A stretch of 64,000 bases of DNA from Luteitalea sp. (lineage in GTDB: Bacteria > Acidobacteriota > Vicinamibacteria > Vicinamibacterales > Vicinamibacteraceae), in NCBI RefSeq assembly GCF_044337415.1, contig NZ_JBIINP010000001.1, positions 10,321-74,320 on the forward strand, in the 5' to 3' direction. The notes below the pieces were generated by a model. That model did not search any database, was not told the DNA's origin, and worked only from the letters and a program-made list of their open reading frames with translations. Positions 1-10,540 of this stretch are shown here, piece by piece (positions within the stretch are counted from its first letter, which is position 1; the number at the start of each line of letters is the position of its first letter). The position numbers and the translations under genes are program-made.

Positions 1-2
1 GC

Positions 3-434
3 ATGGCCGCCTTCATGCTCGAGGACCTCGACGGGGCGCTCGAGGTGGTGGCCTTTCCGCTCACGTTCCAGCAGTACGCGACGCTGATCGAGAACGACCG
101 CATGGTGCTGGTGCGCGGCAAGCTGGAGGCCGGCGACGACAGCGCCAAGATCCTGGCCGGGGAGATCAAGCCGCTGTCGTTCCTGAACGAGACCCTGTCG
201 CGGGAAGTCGCCATCGCGCTGCGGACGCCGTCGCGGCGCGTCATCGAGGACGTCGCCGACATCCTGATGCGCCATCGGGGCGACAAGCGCGTCCGCCTCG
301 ACCTGGAGGTGCGCGACTTGCCGCGCCCGATGCGCGTGCGCCTCGACCTGCAGGCCGTGCAGGTGCGCCCGTCCGAGCAACTGGTGGCCGACCTCGAGCG
401 TGTGTGCGGGGTCGGGGCCGTCAAACTGCGGTAA
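3..434 (+). CDS. dnaE: DNA polymerase III alpha subunit, C-terminal part (truncated by window edge)
   Basis: OB-fold-like C-terminus (MAAFMLEDLDGALEVVAFP...LVRGKLE) and a PSEQLV..LE..CG tail typical of DnaE; lies directly upstream of accA. Confidence 0.85.
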   Translation: MAAFMLEDLDGALEVVAFPLTFQQYATLIENDRMVLVRGKLEAGDDSAKILAGEIKPLSFLNETLSREVAIALRTPSRRVIEDVADILMRHRGDKRVRLDLEVRDLPRPMRVRLDLQAVQVRPSEQLVADLERVCGVGAVKLR

Positions 435-445
435 CCTGACACGTC

Positions 446-1417
446 ATGCCCGTGGACACCCTCGAGTTCGAGGAGCCCGTCGCCGCCCTCCTGAAGGAGA
501 TCGCCCACCTCGCCGGCCAGCCCTCCACGCCGGAGCGCGCGGGCGAGATCGCCCGCCTGCAGGCCCGGGCCCGACAGGTGCGCCAGGACATCTTCGGCCG
601 CCTCACGCCGTGGCAGCGCGTGCTGGTGGCCCGGCACCCGCAGCGGCCGTACCTGCTCGACTACGCCGCCCGTCTGTGGCCGGGCTTCACGGAGATCCAC
701 GGCGACCGCCGGTTCGGCGACGACCAGGCCATCGTGACCGGGTACGCGCAGTTCCATGATCAGCCCGTGCTCATCGTGGGGCACCAGAAGGGGCGCGATA
801 CCAAGCAGAAGATCACCCGCAACTTCGGCTACGCGCGCCCCGAGGGCTACCGCAAGGCGCTGCGGGCCATGCAGATGGCCGCCAAGTTCCGTCGTCCGAT
901 CATCTGCCTGGTCGACACCCCGGCCGCGTACCCGGGCATGGAGTCGGAAGAGCGCGGGATCGCCGAGGCCATCGCGCTCAACCTCCGCGAGATGGCGGTC
1001 CTCGATACCGCGATCGTGGTGGTCGTGACAGGCGAGGGCGGCAGCGGTGGTGCGCTCGGCATCGCCATCGGCGACACGGTCCTGATGCAGGAGTACGCCG
1101 TCTACAGCGTGATCCCGCCCGAGGGGTGCGCGGCCATCCTGTGGCGTGATGCGGCCAAGAAGGTCGAAGCCGCCGACGCCCTGAAGATGACGGCCCCGGA
1201 CCTCGTGACCCGCGGCATCTGCGATGGCATCATCCCGGAGCCGCTCGGCGGCGCTCACCAGGACTACGACGAGGCGGCGCGCCGCCTCGACGAGGCCCTC
1301 TGGCCGGCGTTGCAGCAGGTGATGGCCATGCCTTCGGCCGAACGGCTCGAGCGTCGCTACGAGAAGTTCCGCCGCATCGGTCGCGTGGGCGCCGAGATCG
1401 CCGGATCGGCGTCCTGA
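446..1417 (+). CDS. accA: Acetyl-CoA carboxylase carboxyltransferase alpha subunit
   Basis: LEFEEP start, ARHPQRP, FGYARPEGYRKALR, DTPAAYPG and GEGGSGGALG motifs. Confidence 0.97.
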   Translation: MPVDTLEFEEPVAALLKEIAHLAGQPSTPERAGEIARLQARARQVRQDIFGRLTPWQRVLVARHPQRPYLLDYAARLWPGFTEIHGDRRFGDDQAIVTGYAQFHDQPVLIVGHQKGRDTKQKITRNFGYARPEGYRKALRAMQMAAKFRRPIICLVDTPAAYPGMESEERGIAEAIALNLREMAVLDTAIVVVVTGEGGSGGALGIAIGDTVLMQEYAVYSVIPPEGCAAILWRDAAKKVEAADALKMTAPDLVTRGICDGIIPEPLGGAHQDYDEAARRLDEALWPALQQVMAMPSAERLERRYEKFRRIGRVGAEIAGSAS

Positions 1418-1445
1418 CCCGGTCCCGCCGAGGGACCCCCTGTCC

Positions 1446-3179
1446 ATGCGTACGTTGATCTGGGACCCCGTCGAGTATGACGAGACGGCCGCGCAGTCGC
1501 TGGCCGCCGCGCTCGACGTGTCTCCCGTGATCGCCCGGCTGTTGTGCCATCGGGGTCACGGCGACCCCGAGGCGGCACACCGCTTCCTCAACCCCGAGCT
1601 CTCCCAGTTGTGGGATCCGTACCGGCTGGCCGACATGCGCCCGGCGGTGGAACGGCTCTGCGCGGCGCTCGAGCGTCAGGAACTGGTGGCCATTCACGGC
1701 GACTACGACGTCGACGGCGTGACCTCGACCGTGATCCTGCGTCGCGCGCTCGAGCTGTTGGGCGGTCGCGTCACCCATTTCATCCCGGAACGGCTGCGGG
1801 ATGGCTATGGGCTGCAGGTGCCGGCCGTGGAGCGCCTGCACGCCGAGGGCGTGCGCGTGATCGTCTCGGTCGACTGCGGCATCCGCAGTGCCGAGGCCGC
1901 GCGACGCGCCCGTGAGCTCGGCGTCGACCTCATCATCACGGACCACCACGAGCCGGAGGCGGAGATCCCGGCGGCGCTCGCCGTGATCAACCCCAAGCGG
2001 CCCGACTGCACCTACCCCGACAAGCACCTGGCCGGCGTCGGCGTGGCGTTCAAGCTGGTGCAGGCCCTCTGTCAGCGGTTCGGCCGGGAGCGATGGCTGC
2101 CGGCGTTCCTCAAGCTGGCCGCCATCGGTACCGTGGCCGACATGGTGCCGCTCGTGGGCGAGAACCGCATCATCGCCAAGCTCGGACTCGAGCGCCTGTC
2201 GCAGGGACCACACACGGTCGGGCTGCGGGCGTTGCTCGAGTCGGCCGGGCTGCAGAACAAGGTCATCGACGGCTTCAGCGTGTCGTTCGGGCTCGCGCCC
2301 CGCATCAACGCCGCCGGCCGGATGAGCACGCCCGACCTGGCCACGCGCCTGTTGCTGGCCAGCGACGAGGCCCAGCTCGACGAGGTCCGCCGGCTCGCCG
2401 AGCAACTCGGCGAGGAGAACACGCGGCGCCAGGCGTACGAGGCCGAGATCGTCGTCGAGGCGAAGAAGCAGGTCGAGACCGACATCCACGTCGGCGCGCA
2501 CAACGTGCTCGTGGTCGCCGGCGACGGCTGGCATCGCGGGGTGATCGGCATCGTCGCCTCCAAGCTGGTCGACGCGTTCTACAAGCCGACCATCGTGCTG
2601 TCGATCGAGGATGGCCTGGCGCACGGCTCGTGCCGGTCGATCCCCGCGTTCGACATGCTGGGGGCGCTGGACACCTGCGCGGACCTGTTCCAGAAGTACG
2701 GCGGGCACAAGCAGGCCGCTGGACTCACCATGGAGGCCGCGCGCATCCCCGAGTTCCGCGAACGCATCAACGCGCATGGGCTCGACCGGCTCGAGCCCAC
2801 CGATCTGATGCCGAAGCTCCGGATCGACACGGCGCTGCGCTTCTCGGGCATCGACGCGAAGCTCATCGCCGGGCTCGAGCAGATGGCGCCCTTCGGCCTG
2901 GCCAACGCCAAGCCGGTGTTCGATGCGGCCGGCGTCGAGCTGATCGGGGCGCCGCGCCGCATCAAGGAACGCCACCTGAAGATGCAGCTCCGGCAGGACG
3001 GGCGGATGTTCTCGGCCATGGCCTGGCGGTCGGCCGAGAAGGCCGGGCTGTGGGAGCAGCATCGGCAGGCCTTGCGGCTGGCGTTCTCGCTCGACAAGCA
3101 GACCTTCCGCGGCGAGACGACGATCGAGTTGACGGTGGCCGACCTGCGCTGCCCGGACGGCGCGATGGGGGCCTCCTGA
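1446..3179 (+). CDS. recJ: Single-stranded-DNA-specific exonuclease RecJ
   Basis: HGDYDVDG, SVDCG, TDHH (DHH family), LGPR-like LAPRINAAGR, GSCRS, YGGHKQAAG. Confidence 0.96.
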   Translation: MRTLIWDPVEYDETAAQSLAAALDVSPVIARLLCHRGHGDPEAAHRFLNPELSQLWDPYRLADMRPAVERLCAALERQELVAIHGDYDVDGVTSTVILRRALELLGGRVTHFIPERLRDGYGLQVPAVERLHAEGVRVIVSVDCGIRSAEAARRARELGVDLIITDHHEPEAEIPAALAVINPKRPDCTYPDKHLAGVGVAFKLVQALCQRFGRERWLPAFLKLAAIGTVADMVPLVGENRIIAKLGLERLSQGPHTVGLRALLESAGLQNKVIDGFSVSFGLAPRINAAGRMSTPDLATRLLLASDEAQLDEVRRLAEQLGEENTRRQAYEAEIVVEAKKQVETDIHVGAHNVLVVAGDGWHRGVIGIVASKLVDAFYKPTIVLSIEDGLAHGSCRSIPAFDMLGALDTCADLFQKYGGHKQAAGLTMEAARIPEFRERINAHGLDRLEPTDLMPKLRIDTALRFSGIDAKLIAGLEQMAPFGLANAKPVFDAAGVELIGAPRRIKERHLKMQLRQDGRMFSAMAWRSAEKAGLWEQHRQALRLAFSLDKQTFRGETTIELTVADLRCPDGAMGAS

Positions 3180-5293
3180 TGCGGGTGCGCCGCCTCCTGC
3201 GCTACGTCCTCGCAGCGTTCGCCATCGGCTTCGCGACCTGGCTGGGCCTGCAGCTTCGCCAGCGCGCGGTGACGCCCGGCGAGGTGAGCGATCCGCGCAC
3301 CGACCCCAATGCCGTCGTCGAGTCGAGCGGCGGCCTCATCACGCGGACGCGTGGCGAGGCCCGCGACATGGATCTGCAGCACAAGGGGCTGCGCACGTAT
3401 CCCGACGGCCGCACCGTGTTCCAGTCCGTGGTCGTGACCGTGCCGCCGCGCGAGGATCGTCGCGGCTTCACCATCAGCGGCGACGAGGCGGAGGTCACCA
3501 AGGACAACGCGCAGGTGCGCCTCTCCGGCAACGTGACGCTGGTGACCACCGACAAGCTCACGATGACGGGGCCGGAGGCCACCTACGACTCCGCCGACGG
3601 CATCATCCGCATCCCGGGCGCGGTGCAGTTCACGCGGGAGCGGATGACCGGCTCCTCCAATGGCGCCACCTACGACAACGCGCGCGACGTGCTGTGGATG
3701 CTCGATCAGGCGCAGATCGACATCCGGCCCGATGCGCGCGGCCAGGGCGAGACGCACATGCGGGGCGGGTCGGCCGGCTTCGCCCGGGCAGAGCGCTACA
3801 TCCGCCTCGACACCGCCGCGTCGGTCAACCGCGAGGGGCAGGTGCTCTCGGGCGACAGCGTGACCGTCTTCATGCAGCCGACCACCGACATCGTCGAGCT
3901 GGTGGAGTTGCGGGGGCAGTCATCGGTCTCGCTGCCGGCGCCGCAGTCGCTGCAGCAACTGGCGGCCACCGACATCAACCTCGCGTACCAGCCCGACGGG
4001 CGGTCCCTCCGTCAGGTCACGCTCGCCGAGCGCGCGACGGTGCAGTTCCGCGGGCAGGGAAAGGGGCCGGGCCGCAGCCTGGCGGCGGCGCTGATCGACA
4101 TGCAGCTCGACGCCGACGGGTCGACGATGACGGGGCTGTCGGCACAGGAGGCCGTGCAGCTCAGCGTGCCGCAGGATGGGGCGACTCCGGCGCGCGTGAT
4201 CAACGGCGACACGTTGAACGGCGTGGGGCAGCCCGGGCGCGGGTTGACGGGCGCCAGCTTCATCAAGAACGTCACGTTCCGCGAGACGCGCGCCGCAGGC
4301 CGCGGGCAGGCGGCCCTCGACCGGACGATCACCGCGACCGACACGCTCGACCTGCAGACGCGCGGGTCCCTCGAGGCCATCGATCGCGCGACGTTCGCGG
4401 GCGCCGTGGCGGTGAAGGACGACGGGCGCACGGCGACGGCACCGCGGCTGGTGTACCGCACCGAGTCCGGCGACATCACCCTGAGCGCCGAAGGCACGCC
4501 GCAGATGGCGCGCATCGACGACACGCGCGGCTCGGTGCAGTCGCGGATCATCAACATCCTGGCGGGCGGCGACGACATCCTGGCCGAGACCGACGTGCGG
4601 TCGGTGCTGCAGGGCGGGGCGGACGGTCCGGCTCGGCCGGGCATGTTCAAGGCCGACCAGCCGGTGAACGTCACGGCCGCCAAGCTCGAGCGCCGGACGA
4701 AGAAGGCGGTCTACAGCGGCGACGCGCAGATCTGGCAGGGGGCGACGTCCATCAAGGGCGATACGATCACGCTCGATGAGGAGTCAGGCAACCTGCTGGC
4801 CGTCGGGAAGGCGCGCACCGTGATGGAGCTGGAGGAGAAGGACGCCACCGGCAAGGTCGAGCGCAACGTGACGACGGGCACGGCGGGGGAGCTGGAGTAT
4901 CAGGAGAAGGAGCGCAAGGCCATCCTGCGCACGGCGGCGCGGCTGGTGAGCACGCGCGACGGCGACCTGCGCGGCGCCCGGATCGAGATGTTCCTGCTGG
5001 AGGGCGGCCGGGAACTGGATCGCCTCGAGGCCTACGACGCGGTCACGCTGCAGACCCCGACGCGCCATGCGACCGGCGCGCGGCTGACGTACTTCACCAA
5101 GGACGGACGGTACGTGATGGGCGGCACGCCCGTGGTGGTGCTCGAGCAGTTTCCGAACGAATGCCGCGAGACGACGGGCCGGCGCCTGACGTTCTTTCGC
5201 ACCTCGGACGTGATTTCGGTGGACGGCAACCAGTCCACCCGTACCCAGGGCCGCACCGCCGGCACGTGCCCCGCCCTGACCAAGCCCTCCTGA
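3179..5293 (+). CDS. LptC/LptA (OstA-like) multi-beta-jellyroll LPS transport periplasmic protein, about 704 aa, N-terminal TM anchor
   Basis: ATG overlaps the recJ TGA. One TM segment ([16 protein letters not shown]), then repeated beta-strand jellyroll-like segments ([38 protein letters not shown]). Directly upstream of lptB. Confidence 0.8.
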   Translation: MRVRRLLRYVLAAFAIGFATWLGLQLRQRAVTPGEVSDPRTDPNAVVESSGGLITRTRGEARDMDLQHKGLRTYPDGRTVFQSVVVTVPPREDRRGFTISGDEAEVTKDNAQVRLSGNVTLVTTDKLTMTGPEATYDSADGIIRIPGAVQFTRERMTGSSNGATYDNARDVLWMLDQAQIDIRPDARGQGETHMRGGSAGFARAERYIRLDTAASVNREGQVLSGDSVTVFMQPTTDIVELVELRGQSSVSLPAPQSLQQLAATDINLAYQPDGRSLRQVTLAERATVQFRGQGKGPGRSLAAALIDMQLDADGSTMTGLSAQEAVQLSVPQDGATPARVINGDTLNGVGQPGRGLTGASFIKNVTFRETRAAGRGQAALDRTITATDTLDLQTRGSLEAIDRATFAGAVAVKDDGRTATAPRLVYRTESGDITLSAEGTPQMARIDDTRGSVQSRIINILAGGDDILAETDVRSVLQGGADGPARPGMFKADQPVNVTAAKLERRTKKAVYSGDAQIWQGATSIKGDTITLDEESGNLLAVGKARTVMELEEKDATGKVERNVTTGTAGELEYQEKERKAILRTAARLVSTRDGDLRGARIEMFLLEGGRELDRLEAYDAVTLQTPTRHATGARLTYFTKDGRYVMGGTPVVVLEQFPNECRETTGRRLTFFRTSDVISVDGNQSTRTQGRTAGTCPALTKPS

Positions 5294-6018
5294 TGGCGCT
5301 CCTGCAGACGGATCGGCTCACCAAGGCCTACGGCGGGCGCACCGTCGTCGCGGGCGTGAGCCTCGAAGTGCGGTCGGGGGAAGTGGTCGGGCTGCTCGGG
5401 CCGAACGGGGCGGGCAAGACCACGACGTTCTACATGTGCGTCGGCCTCACGCGTCCCGATTCAGGCACCGTGACCCTCGACGGCATCGAGGTCACGCAGG
5501 ACCCGATCTATGTGCGGGCCCGCAAGGGGCTGGCCTACCTGCCGCAGGAGGCCTCGATCTTCCGGGGGCTCACGGTCGAGCAGAACGTGCTGGCCATTCT
5601 CGAGACCCTGCCGCTCGATGCGACACAGCGGCGGGCCCGCTGCCGCGAACTGCTGGCCGAGCTGTCGCTGTCGCACCTGGCGCGGTCCAAGGCCTACACC
5701 TTGTCCGGGGGGGAGCGACGCCGGGTAGAGATTACGCGGGCGCTGGTCAACAACCCGAAGTTCATCCTGCTGGACGAGCCGTTTGCAGGTATCGACCCGA
5801 TCGCGGTCTCCGACATCCAGAAAATCATCTTCCACCTCAAAAATCGTGGCATCGGCGTGCTGATTACGGACCATAATGTCCGCGAGACCCTGAAGATTAC
5901 GGATCGGGCGCACATTGTGCATGCGGGCACCATCTTCAAGAGCGGGACGCCGGGCGACCTGGCGGCCGACGAGGAGGTCAAGCGCATTTACCTCGGGACC
6001 GATTTCCGGCTCGACTGA
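5293..6018 (+). CDS. lptB: LPS export ABC transporter ATP-binding protein
   Basis: [41 protein letters not shown]; ATG overlaps the upstream TGA. Confidence 0.96.
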   Translation: MALLQTDRLTKAYGGRTVVAGVSLEVRSGEVVGLLGPNGAGKTTTFYMCVGLTRPDSGTVTLDGIEVTQDPIYVRARKGLAYLPQEASIFRGLTVEQNVLAILETLPLDATQRRARCRELLAELSLSHLARSKAYTLSGGERRRVEITRALVNNPKFILLDEPFAGIDPIAVSDIQKIIFHLKNRGIGVLITDHNVRETLKITDRAHIVHAGTIFKSGTPGDLAADEEVKRIYLGTDFRLD

Positions 6019-6045
6019 GACCTCCGTGTTCATGTAGCCCAGACC

Positions 6046-7491
6046 ATGGCCATCACGCAGAAGCTCCAGACCCGTCTTTCGCAGAAGCTCGTCCTGACGC
6101 CCTCGTTGCAGCAGGCGATCAAGCTCCTGCCGATGACGACGCTCGAGCTGGCCGAGCTCCTGACGCAGGAAATCGTCGAGAACCCGATGCTCGAGGAGGT
6201 CCCCACCGAGGAACTGCAACAGGTGGACCCGCAGGCGCAGACCTCCGAGCCGGAAGCACCGGAAGCCCCCAAGCCCGATCGCCCCGACGCCAACTGGGAC
6301 GAGCAGGACTACGCCTACTTCTTCGGGGAGTACCTCGACGACGGCGGGTACCGGTCGCGGATGCCCGTGGAAGTCAAGGAACTGCCGCCGATCGAGAACA
6401 CGCTCTCGACGTCGGGATCGTTGGCCGATCATTTGCTCTGGCAGCTGTCGATGCGGCCCGATGTCACGGGGACGCAGCGCGAGATCGGCGAGGCGATCAT
6501 CGGCAACCTCAACGACGACGGCTACCTGATGGCGTCGGTCGACGAACTGGCCCAGATGGGGGGCTGGTCGCCGTCGGAGGTCGAAGGGGTGCTCTCGATG
6601 CTCCAGCACCTCGACCCGGTCGGGGTGGCGGCGCGCGACCTGCAGGAGTGCCTGACGCTGCAACTGCGGCACCTCGGCCATGCCGACACCCCCGCCGAGG
6701 CCATCGTCATCGACCACCTCCGGCTGCTGCAGAACCACCAGGTGCCCGAGATTGCCAAGCGGATGGGCATGCCGGTGGAGCAGTTGAAGGACCACATCGA
6801 GATCATCCGGCACCTCGACCCGAAGCCGGGCAGCCGCTTCAATCCGGCGCCGTCGCAGTACGTGATGCCCGATGTGTACATCGTCAAGGTCGAGGATCAG
6901 TATGTCGCCGTGCTGAACGACGACGGGTTGCCGCAGCTGCGGATCAGCCCGGTCTACAAGCGGCTCCTCGACAACAAGCACGACGAGTCGGCCGCCGAGA
7001 CGCGCGCGTACGTGAAGGAGAAGTTCCGCTCGGCGCTGTGGCTGCTCAAGTCGGTGGACCAGCGGCAGAAGACCATCATCAAGGTCGCCACCTCGATCAT
7101 CACGTTCCAGAAGGAGTTCCTGGACCACGGGATCGAGCACCTGCGGCCGCTCGTGCTGCGCGACGTCGCCGAGGACATCGGCATGCACGAGAGCACGGTC
7201 AGCCGCGTGGTCAACAACAAGTACATGCACACGCCGCAGGGCGTGTTCGAGATGAAGTACTTCTTCCACAGCGGCATCAGCAGCTCGTTCGGCGAGAGCG
7301 TCTCGTCGGTGACGATCAAGCAGCGGATCCGCAAGATCATCGAGGCGGAGGACGGCCGCAAGCCGCTCAGCGACTCGAAGATCGTCAGCATCCTGCAGCG
7401 TGAGGGGCTCGTGCTCGCGCGCAGGACCATCGCGAAGTACCGCGAGGAGCTTCGCATCCCCACGTCGAACCAGCGCAAGGTGCTGTACTAG
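6046..7491 (+). CDS. rpoN: RNA polymerase sigma-54 factor
   Basis: Q/L-rich region I (LTPSLQQAIKLL), HESTVSR HTH, RpoN box ARRTIAKYR. Confidence 0.97.
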   Translation: MAITQKLQTRLSQKLVLTPSLQQAIKLLPMTTLELAELLTQEIVENPMLEEVPTEELQQVDPQAQTSEPEAPEAPKPDRPDANWDEQDYAYFFGEYLDDGGYRSRMPVEVKELPPIENTLSTSGSLADHLLWQLSMRPDVTGTQREIGEAIIGNLNDDGYLMASVDELAQMGGWSPSEVEGVLSMLQHLDPVGVAARDLQECLTLQLRHLGHADTPAEAIVIDHLRLLQNHQVPEIAKRMGMPVEQLKDHIEIIRHLDPKPGSRFNPAPSQYVMPDVYIVKVEDQYVAVLNDDGLPQLRISPVYKRLLDNKHDESAAETRAYVKEKFRSALWLLKSVDQRQKTIIKVATSIITFQKEFLDHGIEHLRPLVLRDVAEDIGMHESTVSRVVNNKYMHTPQGVFEMKYFFHSGISSSFGESVSSVTIKQRIRKIIEAEDGRKPLSDSKIVSILQREGLVLARRTIAKYREELRIPTSNQRKVLY

Positions 7492-7510
7492 ACCGCGAAA
7501 GGACCGCACC

Positions 7511-8086
7511 ATGCGGCTCGCGCTCACAGGGCGCAACCTCACCATCACCCCGGCCCTCCGACAAGCCGTCACCCGGCGTCTCGAGAAGCTGGACCGTCAT
7601 CTTCACGACAGCATCACCACCGCGCAGGTGGCCCTCCAGGTCCAGAAGGACCAGGTGAAGGCCGACGTGCGGGTGCGCACGAAGGGCGACCACGACCTGA
7701 GCGGACACGGCCTGGCCAAGACGGCGCAGGCCTCGGCGCTGGCCGCGATCGCCAAGATCGAGGCGCAGGCCAGCAAGGTCAAGGGCAAGTGGGAAGAGCG
7801 CAAGCGCGGCGCCTCGGTGAAGGCCGCGGCGGCGGCCCCCGTCGTCGTGGTCGAAGTGGCCCCGAAGACGAAGCCGCGCGTCGCCAAGGCTGTCGCGACC
7901 GCCGAACCCAGGGTGGTGCGGGTCCGCCGGAGCAGCGCCAAGCCGATGCGCCTCGAGGACGCGCTGCTGCGCGTCGACGCGCCGGCAGGGTCCGTCTTCG
8001 TGTTCCGCGATGCCGAACTCGACCGGGTGCAGGTATTGGTGCGTCGCGCCGACGGGCACGTGGGCCTGGTCGATCCGGACGCCTGA
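7511..8086 (+). CDS. hpf: Ribosome hibernation promoting factor, long form with C-terminal S30AE domain
   Basis: LTGRNLTITPALR...KLEKL N-terminus, KPMRLEDA and VLVRRADGHVGLVDP C-terminal domain; follows rpoN. Confidence 0.88.
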   Translation: MRLALTGRNLTITPALRQAVTRRLEKLDRHLHDSITTAQVALQVQKDQVKADVRVRTKGDHDLSGHGLAKTAQASALAAIAKIEAQASKVKGKWEERKRGASVKAAAAAPVVVVEVAPKTKPRVAKAVATAEPRVVRVRRSSAKPMRLEDALLRVDAPAGSVFVFRDAELDRVQVLVRRADGHVGLVDPDA

Positions 8087-8102
8087 GCCAGGACGGCCAC
8101 CG

Positions 8103-9068
8103 ATGGTCGCCATCCCCGAGTCCGGCCCGCAGAGCCTCACCGTTCGCGATCTGCTGGCGCGCTGCGCCGGCACGCCGCTCGGGGACCTGTCTGTCCGGGC
8201 CGGGGCCTCGGGACTGGCCCGGCGCATCACCCGCGTGTCGCTCCAGAAGACCGGGCTGGCGCTGACGGGCCAGCCCGAGTATCTCGAGGACGGCCGCGTG
8301 CTGTTGTTCGGCCGGTCGGAGGTGCAGTACCTGGCGAGCCTCGACCTGGAACTGCGGCGCCGCCGCCTCCACGATGTGCTGCGTCCCGGGTTGCCCTGCA
8401 TCGTCGTGACGGCGGGCCTGCCCGTCGACGCGGTGCTCGTCGCCGAGGCCGATGCGCGCGGCGTGCCCGTCCTCTCGACCGACGTGCTGACGTCGGAGAC
8501 GCTGGTCGCACTCACGGGCGTGCTCGAGGAGGGACTGGCGCCGGTCACCACGCTGCACGGGGTGCTGGTGGACATCCTCGGTCTCGGGGTGTTGTTGCTC
8601 GGGGAGAGCGGCATCGGCAAGAGCGAGTGCGCCCTCGATCTCGTGGTGCGTGGTCATCGGCTCGTCGCCGACGACGCCGTGGAGGTGACGCGTCGAGGCT
8701 CGGCGCTGATCGGCACGTCGCCGCCGCTCACGCGGCACCACATGGAAGTGCGCGGGCTCGGCATCATGAACGTGCAGGACCTGTTCGGCGTGGCCTCGAC
8801 GCGCCACAGCATGCAGGTGGAGTTCATCGTGCGGCTCGTCCGCTGGGACAGCCACACGGAGTACGAGCGGCTCGGCCTCGACGAGGCGACCGAGCCGCTG
8901 CTGGGCGTGCCGGTGCCGGTGGTGACGCTCCCGGTGGGACCAGGGCGTAACATCGGCATCCTGGTGGAAGTGGCGGCACGCCGGCACCTGCTGCTGGCGC
9001 GCGGCATCTCCGCGGCGCAGCGCCTGGCGGCACGGCTCGAAGCCGAGTTGCAGGCAGGAGAGTCATGA
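8103..9068 (+). CDS. hprK: HPr kinase/phosphorylase
   Basis: HGVLVDILGLGVLLLGESGIGKSECALDLVVRGHRLVADD, MEVRGLGI, VGPGRNI. Confidence 0.95.
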   Translation: MVAIPESGPQSLTVRDLLARCAGTPLGDLSVRAGASGLARRITRVSLQKTGLALTGQPEYLEDGRVLLFGRSEVQYLASLDLELRRRRLHDVLRPGLPCIVVTAGLPVDAVLVAEADARGVPVLSTDVLTSETLVALTGVLEEGLAPVTTLHGVLVDILGLGVLLLGESGIGKSECALDLVVRGHRLVADDAVEVTRRGSALIGTSPPLTRHHMEVRGLGIMNVQDLFGVASTRHSMQVEFIVRLVRWDSHTEYERLGLDEATEPLLGVPVPVVTLPVGPGRNIGILVEVAARRHLLLARGISAAQRLAARLEAELQAGES

Positions 9069-9931
9069 GTCGATTCATCGTCCTCACGGGGCTGTCGGGG
9101 TCGGGCAAGACGCAGGCGATCCGTGCGCTGGAGGATCTCGGCTACTTCTGCGTCGACAACCTGCCGGTTGCGCTGATCCCCACGTTCGCCGAGCTCACGC
9201 AGCGCGCCGGCGGCGAGATCACGCGGGCGGCGGTGGTGATCGACATCCGCGAGCGCTCGCTCCTCAAGGCCTTTCCCGAGACGTACGAGAAGCTGCGCCA
9301 GATGCCCGCCCTGGAGCCGCGGCTGATCTTCCTCGATGCCTCGGACGCGGCGCTGGTGCGTCGGTTCAGCGAGACCAGGCGCCCGCACCCGCTGGCCGAG
9401 CACGAGTCGGTCAGCGAGGGGATCCGGTTGGAGCGCGAGCAGATGGCGCCGATCCGGGCGATGGCCGACCAGATCATCGACACGTCGGACATGACGGTGC
9501 ATGAACTGCGTCACGCGTTCATGGCCGCCTCACGCGACACGGGCACCAGCGCGGGGCCGGTGGTCACGTTCCTGAGTTTCGGCTTCAAGCACGGCGTGCC
9601 GCTGGATGCCGACCTCGTGTTCGATGCCCGGTTCCTGCCCAACCCCCATTTCGTGCCGGAACTCAGGCCGCACACCGGGCGCGACGCCGAAGTGCGTGGC
9701 TTCCTCGAGCAGTACGAGGACTACGCGACGTTCCTGGCGCGCGTCGGCGACCTGCTGGAGTTCCTGCTGCCGCGCTACGCCGCCGAAGGGAAGAGCTACG
9801 TGACCGTGGCGATTGGCTGCACGGGCGGCAAGCATCGCTCGGTGGCCATCGCCGAGGAACTGCGGCGACGGATGGCGAGCGTGGCGGGCATCCGGCTGCG
9901 CGTGCGTCATCGCGACATCGCGCAGGAGTAG
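9065..9931 (+). CDS. rapZ: RapZ/YvcJ-family P-loop protein
   Basis: GLSGSGKT, GYFCVDNLP, RRFSETRRPHPL, SFGFKHG, RFLPNPHF, GCTGGKHRSV. Confidence 0.95.
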   Translation: MSRFIVLTGLSGSGKTQAIRALEDLGYFCVDNLPVALIPTFAELTQRAGGEITRAAVVIDIRERSLLKAFPETYEKLRQMPALEPRLIFLDASDAALVRRFSETRRPHPLAEHESVSEGIRLEREQMAPIRAMADQIIDTSDMTVHELRHAFMAASRDTGTSAGPVVTFLSFGFKHGVPLDADLVFDARFLPNPHFVPELRPHTGRDAEVRGFLEQYEDYATFLARVGDLLEFLLPRYAAEGKSYVTVAIGCTGGKHRSVAIAEELRRRMASVAGIRLRVRHRDIAQE

Positions 9932-9949
9932 CAGGGGCAGCACCGCCGC

Positions 9950-9977
9950 GGGTGCCGGGTACGGGGTGCCGGGTACG
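9950..9977. repeat. Heptamer tandem repeat (GGGTGCC GGGTACG)x2
   Basis: Read directly, just downstream of the rapZ stop. Confidence 0.7.
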
Positions 9978-10002
9978 GATCGTCTCCGAGGCGGATGACG
10001 GT

Positions 10003-10090
10003 GGGCCGGCTCCCCGAGCGACGCAAGGGCAGGTTCGGCTCTCCGAGCGAAGTGAGATGGCAGGGCCGGCTCTCCGAGCCCGGCCCCTGC
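10003..10090. repeat. Cluster of three degenerate REP-like palindromes, core GG(G/T)(C/T)CGGCTC(T/C)CCGAGC
   Basis: Copies start at 10003, 10032 and 10063. The last is preceded by GCAG and forms an imperfect hairpin (GCAGGGCCGGCTC-TCC-GAGCCCGGCCCCTGC). Confidence 0.6.
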
Positions 10091-10101
10091 GAGAAACAGA
10101 C

Positions 10102-10536
10102 ATGCCAGACTCCGGACAACAACGACTCGGCGTGGTCGTGGTCACGCACGGCCAACTCGCACACGAACTGGTCAACGCGGCCGAGATGATCGCCGGCGAG
10201 TTGGTGCGCTTCGAGGCCGTCGCGCTGGGGTGGCACGACGAACCGAACGCGGCCAGCGACCAGATCGCGGCCGCCATCGCCCGCGTGGAGGGGCCCTCCG
10301 GCGTGCTGGTGCTGACCGACATGTTCGGCGGCACGCCCAGCAACCTGGGCATCACGTTCCTCGAGGACGACCGCGTCGAGGTGATCACGGGCGTCAACCT
10401 GCCGATGCTCGTCAAGCTGGCCACCCTCGATCCGGCCAACCACGGGCTGCTCGGGATCGCCCGCCTCGTGCGCGAGCACGCGCGGGAGGCGATCCGCGTC
10501 GCCTCGGACCTGATGCGCCCCGACGCAGGCTCGTAA
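10102..10536 (+). CDS. PTS EIIA component, mannose/fructose (EIIA-Man) family
   Basis: VVVTHG phospho-His motif, LTDMFGGTPSN, VITGVNLPML. Confidence 0.92.
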   Translation: MPDSGQQRLGVVVVTHGQLAHELVNAAEMIAGELVRFEAVALGWHDEPNAASDQIAAAIARVEGPSGVLVLTDMFGGTPSNLGITFLEDDRVEVITGVNLPMLVKLATLDPANHGLLGIARLVREHAREAIRVASDLMRPDAGS

Positions 10537-10540
10537 GTCG

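Noticed and set aside
2093-3178. Apparent 1066-aa ORF 2093-5293
   Set aside because: The first 362 codons overlap recJ in another frame; the real gene starts at the ATG overlapping the recJ stop (3179).
9981-10090. Three regularly spaced repeats as a mini-CRISPR
   Set aside because: The repeats are only about 17 nt with 12-14 nt between them, are degenerate, and have no cas genes or leader; a REP-like cluster fits better.
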